Shown in pieces: positions 12,576 through 27,319 of a stretch of DNA of 64,000 nucleotides (its first letter is position 1; the number at the start of each line of letters is the position of its first letter). Below the pieces are notes generated by a model. That model did no database searches and had not been told where the DNA came from. It saw only the letters and a list, made by a program, of their open reading frames with translations. This stretch comes from Yuukianura sp. NJ FZ-2021 (lineage: Eukaryota): the NCBI GenBank assembly GCA_046563655.1, contig CM102287.1, positions 9,734,001 through 9,798,000 on the forward strand, read 5' to 3'. The translations under genes and the position numbers were made by a program.

Positions 12576-15500
12576 ATGGTATGTAACTTGGATTCTGAAC
12601 ACTCAGTTTCGGATTATATCATTTTGAAGTGCGTAGTCGTTTCTATTGTGTAATCATTAACCTTCTGTCGTTATTTTTCAGTTCCAAACGCCGGATAATC
12701 GTTATGAGTTCTTCAAAAAGTCTCTTCGATCCTTATCGCTCGCACTCGCTAATGTTGAAGGTGGCGCTCCTTGGGAGAAGGCATGAACCATTCCCTGACC
12801 CCGACCTCTCCTCACCAAGCGTTTTTTAAAATTTGTTGCTAATTCAACTTTTATCGCTTCAGGTTGAGTTGCTATTGAAGTATTTCCCAAAGAAAGCCGA
12901 GGACGGCATTTATTTTCTTGATGTACGCGCATGTGATGGTGTCACGGCACTTGGGGCGTACTTCATCAACTCCAAAGTAAAGGGATTTTATATTTCGTAA
13001 CAATTGTAATCGTACTGACGATTTTTTTTTGTTTTATAGTTAAACCAAAAGGAGAAGCTATTTCCGTATTTTGCGGATTTGTTTGAGAGCATGGTATCGG
13101 CACACTGGCCGCCGTACAATCCAAAGGGTATGAAGAAATTGATGTCATGGAGCAACTTTGTTTTAGTTAATTCATCTTAACTAATTCCTTACAGAGAATC
13201 CACTATTTCCGGAAGTCTTCGCCACAACTCTGAGTCAGATCCTTGCTCATATTGGGCAGCTAGATGAAACTTTGCAATATGAAGTCCTTCGCCTTCGGCA
13301 AAAGGTTATCGACAATGTTGGAAGACTCATAGCGGACGCTGCTAAGGATGCCGATACACTGACTGCAGAGCAACGACGTAAGTTTTTCGTTTCAAAGTTC
13401 AATTCAATGATATTCAGTTTGGCATGTTAGTTAATTCAATTTCCTTTTGTATTAGTCGCTTTCGAGACCATCCACTTCCCAATTTTCCGTGGGCTGTCTC
13501 TGGTTTTTGGTGATCCGAAGTCCGACTTTTACAAAACAGTAAGGCAGAGTCCAGTTGGAGGGTGGGAGTTTGAGCTTACTAAGAACGTACAACACCCCGT
13601 TGTTAATACTGCAACTGAAGCGCAGAAGTCCAAGTCGTCGAAGAGACGGCCAAAGGCTGTCAGTAAACCAGTCATTCCTAATTCACTCTCGGCTGTGATT
13701 GGTTGTCCAGTTGGGGTAATTCCGGACCAATGGGAGTCGTACCTCAAGTGAGTTTTTGAAGTTTTTTAAAGCAAAATAATATTTATAATTTACTTTTGTT
13801 TTGTCTTTTTGCTTCAGAACAAAGAACGCACTTCCTTCGCCACTACGGAAGAGCTCATCTAAGTTAGAAGATGGGAACGAGGTAACTGTTCAAGTTAACA
13901 AAGTAATTATAACTATTGAGTACGACTAATTACTGTTACATTACTACCGAATGATTGATTTTAGGAGTTCTCTACTGACGACCTGATTCCGTCCTTGCTT
14001 TACCGTACATGGTACGATGGAAAATTACATGGTCTTCTAAAGTGTGGTTCCTTGGAGAGCGTTACTCAACGTCTGCTGAGCACTCTGAGAGAAGAGGATG
14101 CTCATATTGTACCTTTGGATGACTTCGAAGAAGCCCTCTGGACAGCTACTGCCCTTATCCTATCTGACGGTAATCTCCGACATTGATCTGGTCCAAACTA
14201 ATTACTTTAATATCTAACAACTGATTTTTTTTACACAACAGAATCACCTGAAGACAGAGTTATTGAAGCCGTCTGCTGTGCACCGGCAAAACGTTTTTCC
14301 CAATCCGTGATGTGTGTTGCAGCTAAGTGCTGGAACTGGATTCTGTCTAAACCCGAGTTGACTCTGACGTGTATGCACCATGTCATGGGAGGATTTTTTG
14401 TAAGATTTGGACTAATTGAGATTTAAATGTTATAATTAATAGTTATGGGGATTGGCTTAATACGTTTATGTGACGTTTTAGCTGAGTTTCGGGTTACGCC
14501 AAGGTATCTTCAGTCCACCGCCTTGTTCCAACCCTTGCTCATCTTCGCCACCACCACCACTTCTTGTAGCTCCTCACGACATTTGGATTCACTTCATCTG
14601 TGAAGTTGTGGAGAAGGATGGACCTTACCATGATGACCTGGTCGACTTGTTTTTGTACTTCATGCAACGCACCTTCCCAGCTACCATTGGAAGCAATGAC
14701 ATTATCCATTTGAATCGAAGTGTCAGAGCAATTCGGCCGCGATTTCGTCTAATGCGGTGTGCATTGTCGCTTCTGCAGAAGAACATCAAGATTTCGGATT
14801 TAGCTAAAGCAGCTCTTCGCACTCGAATCTACTCTGCATGCTTGGACTACTTTTGCCAAGGGTACGAGTGTCCTCCGCAGAAGGGAGATGAACTACGAAG
14901 GGGCATTGAGGAGGCGCTGAAGTTCTGGGACCTTGTGATGGCTGACCTAAGATACATCCGTGCATTTAGCGTGGCTGGTTACACCTTGGGTGATCTAAAT
15001 TCTCAAGGAACAAACAAATCTAAGAATCCGAACGGCATAATGAAGTGGATGGGGGTAAGGATTTTTTAGTAGAAATTGTTTTCTGGAGAATTGACATAAC
15101 TTTTTTGTTCATTAGAAGGGGGTAAAGCCTACGCCTAAGAAAAATGGAGGTGAAGTTCAAGAAGAATTGAAGTCAACGGTTGAAAAGAAAGAACTTGAAG
15201 CAGAACCACAGAAGAAACAAGACAAGTTGGGCGACATGATCGACGAGTGTATTTGGAAACGAAATATGATTCTGGAGTTGCTCGGACGGGAGGTAATCAG
15301 TATTATAGCCTTAAATGTATGTTTAAATAAAGAAAAATGTTATATTTTGTTACAAGATTTTGTTCCAGAATGTTTGATATTTTTTTGTAGATTGAAATGT
15401 GGCTGACGTGGTACAACTTGAGAGGGAGTAGTAAACTCAAGATAGAAGCTGCGTCAAAAATAAAGAAATGGCGTAAGAAGAACCCAAATCCCATGGTTTC

Positions 15501-18050
15501 ACCAGAAGCCGTTCCGAAGATTTGGGAAACGAGTCCAGTTCTTGCTATTCATCTTGCACGGCACATCAGACCAACGGAAAGATGTTCAGGTTTTTGTGAC
15601 CAACTTTCGACGTTGGTACGACGATCACCAGAGCCAGTAATGCATCTATCGGACGCAATTTCGTATTTCCTCACTCCAGACGCCGTTGTTATGGATGGTC
15701 CAGAGGTAAGGTTTCAATGTTGTCACTTTTCAAAACGTTTTGTCAACGTTTTCAAACGTCAAAACGTTTTGCGGTATTCGAACGTCAAAACGTTTTGCTA
15801 ACGTTTTAAAACGTCAAAAACGTTTTGTCATTTTTTTTACAGCTGGTAAACATTCTTACCTGGTCCACTTGCTCACCAATCCAAGCATTGTCGTTGTTCA
15901 ATCGTGACTTCCCAGCACATCCATATGCTTGTCAATACGCTATTCGTTCGATCAGAAGTTATCCGCCTGAGTCAATGTTCTTCTACATTCAGCAAATGGT
16001 CCAGGCTCTACGCAAGGACAAGGTTAGCTAACTTTCTGGTTTATCTTTAAGAGAAAAGTTCAATTTTGTTAACTTGTTTTTTTTTTTTTGTTTTAGCACT
16101 CGTACATGGCTGAATACATTCGAGGGTTTGCTAACTCGTCCCAACTTCTTGCTCACCAGTTGATATGGAACATGAATACGAGCGTTTACACAGATGAGCA
16201 GGGGAAGGAGCGTGATCGTATGGTTTTACTTTTCCAAAACTTCCAATATAAAATCTTATTGTTAAATAAACTATCCATTTTAAATTGAATGTTTTAGAAT
16301 ATTGATGGTTGGAATTTAATGAACATTGGGTTTTAATTTTTGTAGCGGAAATTGGGGAAATTTTGGAGGACTTGGTTGAGTCAATGGTGCGTTCGTTTCC
16401 TGGAGGTGCTAAGGAATTCTATCAAAAGGAGTTTGACTTCTTCAGACAAATCACTGGAGTGTCCGGAGCTATTCGAATGTTTCCGAAGGGACCGTTGCGT
16501 GACAAAGCATGTTTAGAGGAACTGGCCAAGATTGACATCAAGCAGGGGTGCTATCTACCATCAAATCCGGAGGTAAGCCAACACTTCTTTGTTGGATTTT
16601 TGAATTTTAAATGTACATGTGGTCCAGAGTCTTGTGGTTGACGTTGACAAGCAGAGCGGAACTCCCATGCAAAGGCAACGAACAGTATTTTCAATTCAAC
16701 ATTTCAAAATGTATTGTTCAAAGTAATTTCTCTTTTGCAGTGCGTCCAAAGCTCCTTATTTGGCCCGTTTTCGTGTCGTCCAGTGCGGATTTACGAGAGT
16801 TGAGTGTGAGGGCTTAGGATTGACCGTCAATTCCAATCCTGAACCGAAAGATATTGGGCCAGAAATGTGGCAAGCTGCTATCTTCAAGGTTAGTTAGAAA
16901 GATGAAGCTAAGTTAACTAAATTATTATTAATCATTGATTGATAATGAATTGGGACTGTGTAAGGTTGGAGATGATGTGAGACAGGATATGCTTGCTCTT
17001 CAGATCATTTCATTGTTCAAAGTGGCCTACGACAGGGCGTCTCTCCCTTTGTTTCTCTACTCCTACAGAGTTGTGGCTACTTCCCCGGGGGTAAGGAACC
17101 AACATGCTAAATTCTATAACATAATATTATATTTACTAATTTATTCAATTTATTGTAAACTTAATTTATTGTAAACCTGGTTGTTTTTGAAGACGGGCGT
17201 TATTGAGTGCGTCCCAAGCGCCATATCACGTGCTCAGCTTGGTAAAAAAACGAAGATGAGTCTATACCACTACTTCCTGGCCAAGTATGGACCTGAGGAC
17301 TCCAAGCCGTTCAAAGAGGCACGCAATAATTTCATGTCATCTCTGGCTTCTTACACAATCGTCTGCTTCATACTCCAAATAAAAGATCGGCATAATGGCA
17401 ATATCCTCATCGACGACGCGGGTCACATCATTCATATTGGTAACACAAAAATGGTCTTCAACGTTTAGTTTAATTACAAACTTTGGATTTACCGATTTCT
17501 CGGTCTTTTTCACTGGAATTCTGTAACTTTTTTTCCCGTTTGCAGATTTCGGTTTCATGTTTGAAAGTTCTCCTGGACGAAACATGGGTTTTGAGCCGAA
17601 CTTGAAACTAACTTCAGAGATGGTGACCTTCTAACGTTTTGCTTTAGAAACTTTTTTGTAAAGTTGTTTTACATCTACAGGTTCGGATTCTGGGAGGGAA
17701 GGCGGATTCACCATTTTTCAAAGAGTTCCTAGAACTATGTGTTCAGGGGTTTTTGGCCATTAGGTGGAGTGTAATTTAAAATGGAGTTAAGGAAAGTGAA
17801 GCTGATTTGATCGATTGGTTGCAGACCCTATCAGGAATCCGTCGTCACCTTAGTGTCGCTAATGCTTCACACAAAGTTGCCATGTTTCCGGGGTCAAACT
17901 ATTAAGCTCTTGCGGAAGCGGTTTCGTCCAGACGCTACAGACCGGGAAGCAGCCGATTACATCATGAAGGTCATCAAGAAGTCTTACAAGTCCTTTCGTA
18001 CAACAATGTATGATGCTGTCCAGTATTACCAAAACAAGATACCTTACTAA
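12576..18050 (+). CDS. PI4KA: Phosphatidylinositol 4-kinase III alpha-like, internally shortened (~1,245 aa, ~22 exons)
   Basis: N-terminal PI4KA-like segment ([38 protein letters not shown]) and C-terminal [93 protein letters not shown]. Start inferred as ATG followed directly by an intron. Confidence 0.93.
15727..15827. repeat. Intronic array of palindromic AACGTT / CAAAACGTTTTG units
   Basis: About nine AACGT cores in ~100 bp of a PI4KA-like intron, several within the palindrome AAAACGTTTT. Confidence 0.85.
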
Positions 18051-18508
18051 CCAGTGTTCAAAATTCCAAGTTTTCAACGTATTTCTTGCTAGTTGTGAAC
18101 TAACTCTATAACTAATTCATTAACTTAATCAACTGTGATTAACAAACAAATAATAAATAAATAATGCGTATGCAAATATGTATATAATAATAGTGTATTA
18201 TAATAAGTATATTATAATAATACATTACTCATATTAATGAAGTAATGATGTGTTTCATTAATTTTTGGGTGCCCATACGCGATTTACGACTCTTCGTCTA
18301 TGCTGTAACCTTCTTTTCGAAACCAAAGAGAAAGTTCCATAAGTTAACTCTAGTGAAAGTTATCACTAACTTTACAAACAAATAAAATCAAACCACTTGA
18401 GGAGAGGAGCTGTCACTTCAATTTGTTTAAATTTTGACATTAATTAAGTTAATTACAGTTTGATAATTATGCATTAGTTGATAGAAAACCTAAAGGAATT
18501 GACAATCA

Positions 18509-21500
18509 ATGGACAGTGTCAACATCTACAAGTCTTCACTTGTTATTGAAAATGTGGAGATATCCGGAGGCACTGGCTCTCGGGTAAGCTAATTCATATT
18601 CAAAATTTAAAATTTTTGAATTTTTAAATGTTAAAGGTTAAAAATCAAAGGTAAAATTGTAATTTAATGTTAGGTCACATGTATTGAATGCTGTGGAAGT
18701 CGCATGTTTGTCGGGACTGCGGAAGGGTAAGTTCAAGTTGTATTAAAATTAAACTGGAATCAAGGCCAGGTCAATGTGAAGTGTACGACAGGCATATCTG
18801 TTTTGTGATTGGTTTTTTACTAGGTTTTTAATTGAGTATTTTATGCCTGATGGCAAGGCTGACATCCATTTCACGCGAGTTCGTCACACCGATTTACACA
18901 ACAAAGTGAGTTGTACCAAAAACGTTTTGATGGAATTTAGTTCGCTAAACTTGTGGTTTTTTGAATTTTAGAATCAAGCTGTTCAATATCTCAGATCCGC
19001 CTCTGCTATCGACAGTTTGTTGATTCTTTCTGGAAACTACTTGGTTCTTTACGACATTGAAACGTTGGAACCCAAGAATCAAAATCAAGGACTTCGAAAT
19101 GTTGCTGCCATTTCTGTTGATGAGAATCCAGTGTCTGGTGATCCGTTTGTGATAGAAGTAAGGTCATCTTCATTCCATTTTACACTGAAAAGTTAATTCT
19201 AATCAACTGATTTGTGTCATTTTGTGATTACAGTTTTGCTTTAGTCGGAAAAGTTCCATTCACCTTGGCCAGGCCACTGAAAAAGGATTTTCAGTTACAC
19301 GTGAAATTGCCGTTGACGCTGTCGCCATGTCTATGAGCATGGAATCTGGACTAATTTGTGCAGCACTGGCCACTGGTTACTACATTATGCTCAACACTCT
19401 TGTCAAAAACTCCAAACCAATCCAACTTTGTACCTTTGATGTTCGTGACAAACCGCAAGCTGTTCATGTCAACAAGGTAAGGTCAAAGGTTACTCCAATT
19501 TTGACTCAAAAATTCGAAATTTTGACTTTCAACTAACAATTTTTTCCATTTCAGTCAGAATTTCTGGTTTTGGGTCCCGGTGGCCTGGGAGTGTTTGTCA
19601 CAAAAGATGGAAGTTCTGAGCGACCGCCGATAGCCTGGCCAGACAAAGTCAATCACATCAATGTCCACAACCAACTGAACGTTGTGGCCATGGGCCAAGA
19701 TGTCATCTATGTCCACAGTTTAGCAGACTACAACACTTGTCACAAGGTTCCGTTTGAAGGGCTCCTCAAGTGCCTAGCCCTTTGTGAAGGGAACTTGTAC
19801 GTCGTCTGTTCCAAAAGTTTGTTCAAGTTGATTCCAGTGTCAGTTGAAGAGCAGATTCAGGTAAAAGTGGACTCAGTTTCCATTTCCAGCTTTTCAAAAG
19901 TTCACTTCTTCTAAAAAGTTCAGTTTTTTCAGTTTTTCATTCTCTTTCTCTAGACTTTGTTATCGTCAGACGAAATTGAAAAGGCAATGAACTTACTGGA
20001 ATTGTCACATTTAAAAACAGAGGAACACAAGCGACTGGAACAAATTATTCAGCGAAAAGCCGTTTTCGTACATTTAGCGACGTTAGATTTAGATTCTGCT
20101 GCTGAAGCAATTCGACTTAGCAACATTGACTTGAGAGAGGTAAGGATAATTACCTTGAATTACAAAGTAATTACAATGTAATTACAATTTTTGCTTCTTT
20201 TGCAGATTTTGATCCTGTTTCCAACATTCCTCCCAGAAACTTCAACATTTTCAACAACTTTGCCGCCATGTCATAATTTTAAGGAAATTCGACACGTGAG
20301 TCTGCTGATAAAAAAGAAGTTTTTGACATTTATTTAGCAGGGTTTACATACTAAAAAAAAATTTCAAACAAACAGTTTTTTTTTTGAAAATTTTGGTGAA
20401 AAAATTCATTTTCATTAAAAATTTTTAGATGACCAGAGGAGATGAAGCCAAAGAGAAAGTCATTGGGACATACCTGGCTCGAAGCCTGGCTGACATGGAC
20501 CGAGTACGGGGGTCAAAGGTCACTGAACATTTTTTTTTTAAATCAGATTTCAGAATTTGAGATAGTTTTACCATGAATTCGTGTGATTTTTAGGATCTAT
20601 CGACAGCAGTGTTCAAATTGGCAGCAAAATACGACCAGAACTGTGCATTTGAGATACTTCTGACAATGGCCAATCAACTTCCCCTTGATTTTGGTGATTT
20701 GCTGCCATGGTTTGAATCTCACAGGTTCTACGGTTCCGCTGGAAGGATTTATGCCACGATTGATCAAATTCCAAAAGCAATTGATCTCTGGATATCCATT
20801 CTGGAAGGGAAACTCACTTCGGCTCCAGAAGATTCATTCCCTGGCATTACCATTGTAATCGACACACTCGTAAGGTGAATTTCAAAAATACTCTTCTTTT
20901 GTTTCGAAATGTATTTTTGGAAATCCAAAATTTTGAATTTTTAAAACACTTTTGCAGTGTCACGGATTCCAGCTTGGTTTGGGCCTCTTTTGAGAAGTTG
21001 GTGGCAATTGACGCTGAAGCGGCCGTGGGAATTTTCACGCGAAAACCAATTTCGTCCGCTTATCCGCCGTTGAGAGTCGCTGAAAAGCTGCGGAAATGGC
21101 CTCTAGTTTGCATTTCATACTTGGAACATTGTGTGAAGGAAAAGGACATTCAAGACGAGGACTGTCACACCTACTTGGCCACTCTGTACATTGACCTCAT
21201 CCTGGGTCAAGGTCAAGCAGAGGTCAAAGGTCAAGGTCACGCAGAGGTCAAAGGTCACGACAGTCAGGAACTGCGGCTCAAGCTAAGAAACTTCTTGATT
21301 GAGTCGGATTGTCTCAAACTCCAATTTCTGATTGGTCGCCTCACCAATACGAGTCTCCGTCTGGAACTGGCAATTCTTCATGGGAAAGTAAGTTTCAAAA
21401 AAAAATTTCAAAATTTTGTTGAAAAATGGTTCAAATTTTTGAAAATTTTGATTTTAGGCGGGCGACCACAAACCGGCCCTTCTAGTCTTTACTACGGAGT

Positions 21501-22089
21501 TGAACGACCACAAAATGGCGAGAGAGTATTGCACAAAGTTAAAAAGGAAAGAAGAGCGGAGGGAGGCTTACCTAATTCTACTGGGAATTTACTTGGAGTA
21601 AGTTAATTAATCTAACAATTAAGTTAATTAACTTTTTCTAAAATTTTAACACTTCCTAGGTCACGTGAGGTCAATCACGACAATGTGGTGCATCTACTCA
21701 CCGAATTCGGAGAGGAATTTGACTTGTCTTTGGTACTGGGAATGCTGCCTGACGATTGGTCCTTGCAGCTCGTGTCCAACGTCCTTTTTAGAGCTGTTCG
21801 GAACACAATTCACAAGGTTTACAAAATTTCAAAAACTAAAATTCAAAAAAGAAACTTTAAAAAAAAATTTTTTTTGAACTTTTTAAAATTTTTGCAGAGA
21901 CGAAGGGCGAAACTGCTAGCTGGTTTGAGTCGTCGGTTGCGCGTTGACGTGACTCTGAGATCGTATGCTGCCAACCAAGGTTTCATCGTTGACAGTGACA
22001 GTATCTGTACAGTTTGTCACAAACAGTTTGACCTCACTGACCCCATTTTTTGTAAACAAGGTTACGTTGTACATGAAAAGTGTAAGTAA
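18509..22089 (+). CDS. TGFBRAP1: TGFBRAP1/Vps3 (CORVET; Vps39 family) with CNH, clathrin-repeat-like region and C-terminal RING-like Zn finger
   Basis: VTCIECCGSRMFVGTAEG, SEFLVLGPGGLGVFVTKDGSSERPPIAW, SYLEHCVKEKDIQDEDCHTYLATLY, LELAILHGK, LPDDWSL, CTVCHKQF...HEKCK*. Confidence 0.9.
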
Positions 22090-22149
22090 ACCACTAATTA
22101 ACGTAGTTAATTAACTTAAAGGAACTGAATTCTTTACTTCCGGCCCAGG

Positions 22150-23387
22150 TTAGACTAGATTCCGGATGGAAGTGCTGAGGTCATTGAAGTACGGATGACC
22201 CATGGCTTCTTCAGAGGTCATTCGACACAGAGGATTGCACACGATGAGACGACTCAAAAGGTCACGACCTTTGGAGTTGATTTTGGGTGTGACCTGTGCA
22301 AGTGATGCTGTTGGATGGTAGATTGGGAATGGTTTGTAGTCTGGCAGTTGTGTGTGACCGTGCCAACTTTCTTCAGTTGGAGTTCCAAGCAGTTTGAAGA
22401 TTCGTTTCAGTTGATCGTCGACATCACTTCCAGGAAAAAGTGGGCGTCCAGCGTTAGCTAATTCGGCAAAGATGCATCCAGCCGACCACATATCGATTGA
22501 TGTGTTGTAGAGTTTGGCTCCAAAGAGAACGTCGGGAGGACGATACCAAAGAGTGACAACTTCGGCTGAGTAACACTTCACTGGAATGCCAAAGGAACGG
22601 GCCAATCCGAAGTCTGCGAGTTTCAGCTCCCCATTCTGCAACAAAACGAATAAATAACGTCTTCCCAATTACTAATTGAATTTCAGAATTACCTTGTTGA
22701 TGAGTAAGTTTTGCGGCTTCAAATCCCTGGAATAGGTGAATTACTTGAGTTAATTACCAGCTTTAGGCACGTAAGTTTAAGAATTACCTGTGCAAAACGT
22801 TATGGGCATGACAGAAAGCAAGTCCGCGTAGCAACTGGAACCTAAAAAGAGATGAAGATACAAATGATTATCTGCTTTTGGTGTGACACGATTAGTAATG
22901 GATTGGTTAGTGATTACATGAATGATTTGACCACTTCTGGATCGATGTCACCGTTGAGAGAATCGAAATACTTTTTCAGATCTTGGTCACAATGTTCAAA
23001 GACTAGGGTTAACTTCTTGTCTGAATGAAGGACATCGTGTAAGCTGACGATGTTCCTGTGCCGGAGTTCCTTCAGTAGACAAATCTCACGAAGGGCGGAT
23101 GACGGGACACCCTAAGTTAAGAAGATTAATTTTAACAGTTTGATTACTCTAAAGTTAATTAAGTCTTCGCTTATGCTTTACCTCGTCTTCATCGTCTAGC
23201 CGAACACGTTTCAGAGCAACAATTTCCATTGTTTCACGGTTCTTGGCTTTAAATACCGTTCCATAAGTTCCTGCATAAGTAAGGAAAGGAATTTAATTAG
23301 ACTAGGAAATCAACTGATTAACTACTAAAAACGATGAATGATTACTTTACCTTCACCAATCTTCTCCAGTTTTTCGTATTTTTGCAT
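22150..23387 (-). CDS. CDK5: Cyclin-dependent kinase 5
   Basis: [23 protein letters not shown] helix, [48 protein letters not shown]. Confidence 0.98.
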
Positions 23388-23751
23388 TTTAGTAATGTCT
23401 GAATGAGTTGGAATGTAAGACTACCACAGTCCTGGATAAGTCTAAGTCAATGAAAAGGTCAATCAGTAATTAATTGTTTAGTTAGAAGCAGCGTTTGTTT
23501 ACTTTTAAACAGCTGATTAGTGTGATTAACGGATATCTTCCGCTACTGTCACTTCTTATCTTAAAAGAGATAAGAAAAGTGAAATAAAAAATACCGTTAT
23601 TTTCTTTTCCCGCGAACTTTTGAAATCAAATTCAAAGTTTGAATTTGTTTTTTTTATTATTTTTTGTTTTTTGAACATTTTGAAAGAATTTGGAGATTGA
23701 ATTTAGAGAAAATCAAAGTTAATTAATTAGTAAATCAGTCGTAGATTTGAA

Positions 23752-25842
<2,091 letters not shown>

Positions 25843-26235
25843 AACCAAGTTAAAAGTGTCACTTTTTGTACAGAACTTGAACTTTACAAGTCGGTTAAAA
25901 GTTAATTTTCAATATTTTTTAGACTACATCTTTACTTTAGAGGTTCAACTTTACTAAACTGTAAAAGATTTTGTTAAAGTACACAGCCAATTAAACTATT
26001 CTGAAATTTTGATAAAAAGGAAATCCAAACCCACAGGTTTCATTGTTAGTAGAATAAAAAGCAAAAGGGAGGGCAGTAGAGATAGGTTTCTATAATTAAT
26101 TAAGCTAAGAAGCTAACAGTTATGGTAATTCTAATTGTTAATTGAGTTAATTAGGTTAGGTGAAATCAGAGACTCATAGTAGTGTCTTCATGTCTGTTCT
26201 GTAAACAGAGTTTAAAAACCTGGAGAAGTGGAAAC

Positions 26236-27319
26236 TTAGTTGCTGAACCAGGGAATCGGAGTTTTCGGGGTCAAAGGTTGTTCCTTGTCGTCGTCCTTGA
26301 CAAATCGCACGCGAACTTCAAGGTTCTCAAAATTTGAGCCAGAAATGCCTGGAGCGATCCGCGTAGGAGCTGAAGTTGGAATCATTTGCTGATACGCTGA
26401 GTCCACTGCATGCAGAAGCTTGTAAATGTCACCAAACAGTTCATTGAATCTGAAAACAATATAACAAAACTGTAAATTTTGAGCTAATCCATGAATTCTG
26501 GAAGATCAAGAACAGTGTGACCTTGAGGTCAGCTTACCTCTCAACTGTCATTGTCGTTGGATGTGGCTCGGAAATTACTTGCATTGGATTCCAGCAATGA
26601 GCACATTTCAAAACGAATCTTTGGTACCTGTCATTGGTAGGACAAGAATGCTGATGGATGTGCAGAATGCTGACTCGTTGTTGGCTGCAGAACGGATTGT
26701 CGCATTTGAGGTAACTGTTGACCGGAGTCCACTTGCGCTGTTTCATGACATTCTTCTCTTCCTGGACAACTTTGGCTCTAATTGTGTCCAGAATATAAGC
26801 GATGTTGTTCCGCTGAATGGAGAAGTTGATGAAAATGTGGTCTTTCCCCACTCCATAGTCATTGACGTCTCCTGGAACCCGAGTCTGGACAATCTTGGCC
26901 TTGGCTAAACGTTGGACCGAAATCCGCAGAACTTGGATGTCCATCTTCAGCGTCGCTTTGAGCTCTTCCTCTGTCATTGCTAAAAACCAAAAAGAAAAAT
27001 CAGTCTCAGGAAACGTTACGAAAACGATTCTATACGAAGCAGTAATCCTCCATTGATAATTGTCGATTAATGAGCAACACATGAACATTGCCAAAGGTGA
27101 TTTCATTTAGAATAAAAGTGGAAGGTCATAGGTCAACTTACACTCGTAATACAGAAGTGTCTTGACAATTGTAAACTCAGTAGGGGAGAATCTCCAGGCG
27201 ACGACTCTTAGCAACAGTTCCTCCAGGGCTGGCGTTCGGTCGAAGTTCCAGGACGAAGACACAGGTCGGGAAGTTCGTTGCAATGCTGTGAGTTCTGCAA
27301 CCTTCGATTTCGATGACAT
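26236..27319 (-). CDS. Divergent TFIIE-alpha (GTF2E1)-like protein, 3 exons (27319-27142, 26979-26538, 26449-26236), 277 aa
   Basis: Spliced ORF is open (834 nt). By eye it is colinear with TFIIE-alpha: winged helix PALEELLLRVVAWRF...MTEEELKATLKMDIQVLRISVQRLAKAKIVQTR, FINFSIQRNNIAYILDTIRAKVVQEE, Zn ribbon CDNPFC...CAHC, RFNELFGDIYKLL, terminal KTPIPWF. Confidence 0.8.
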
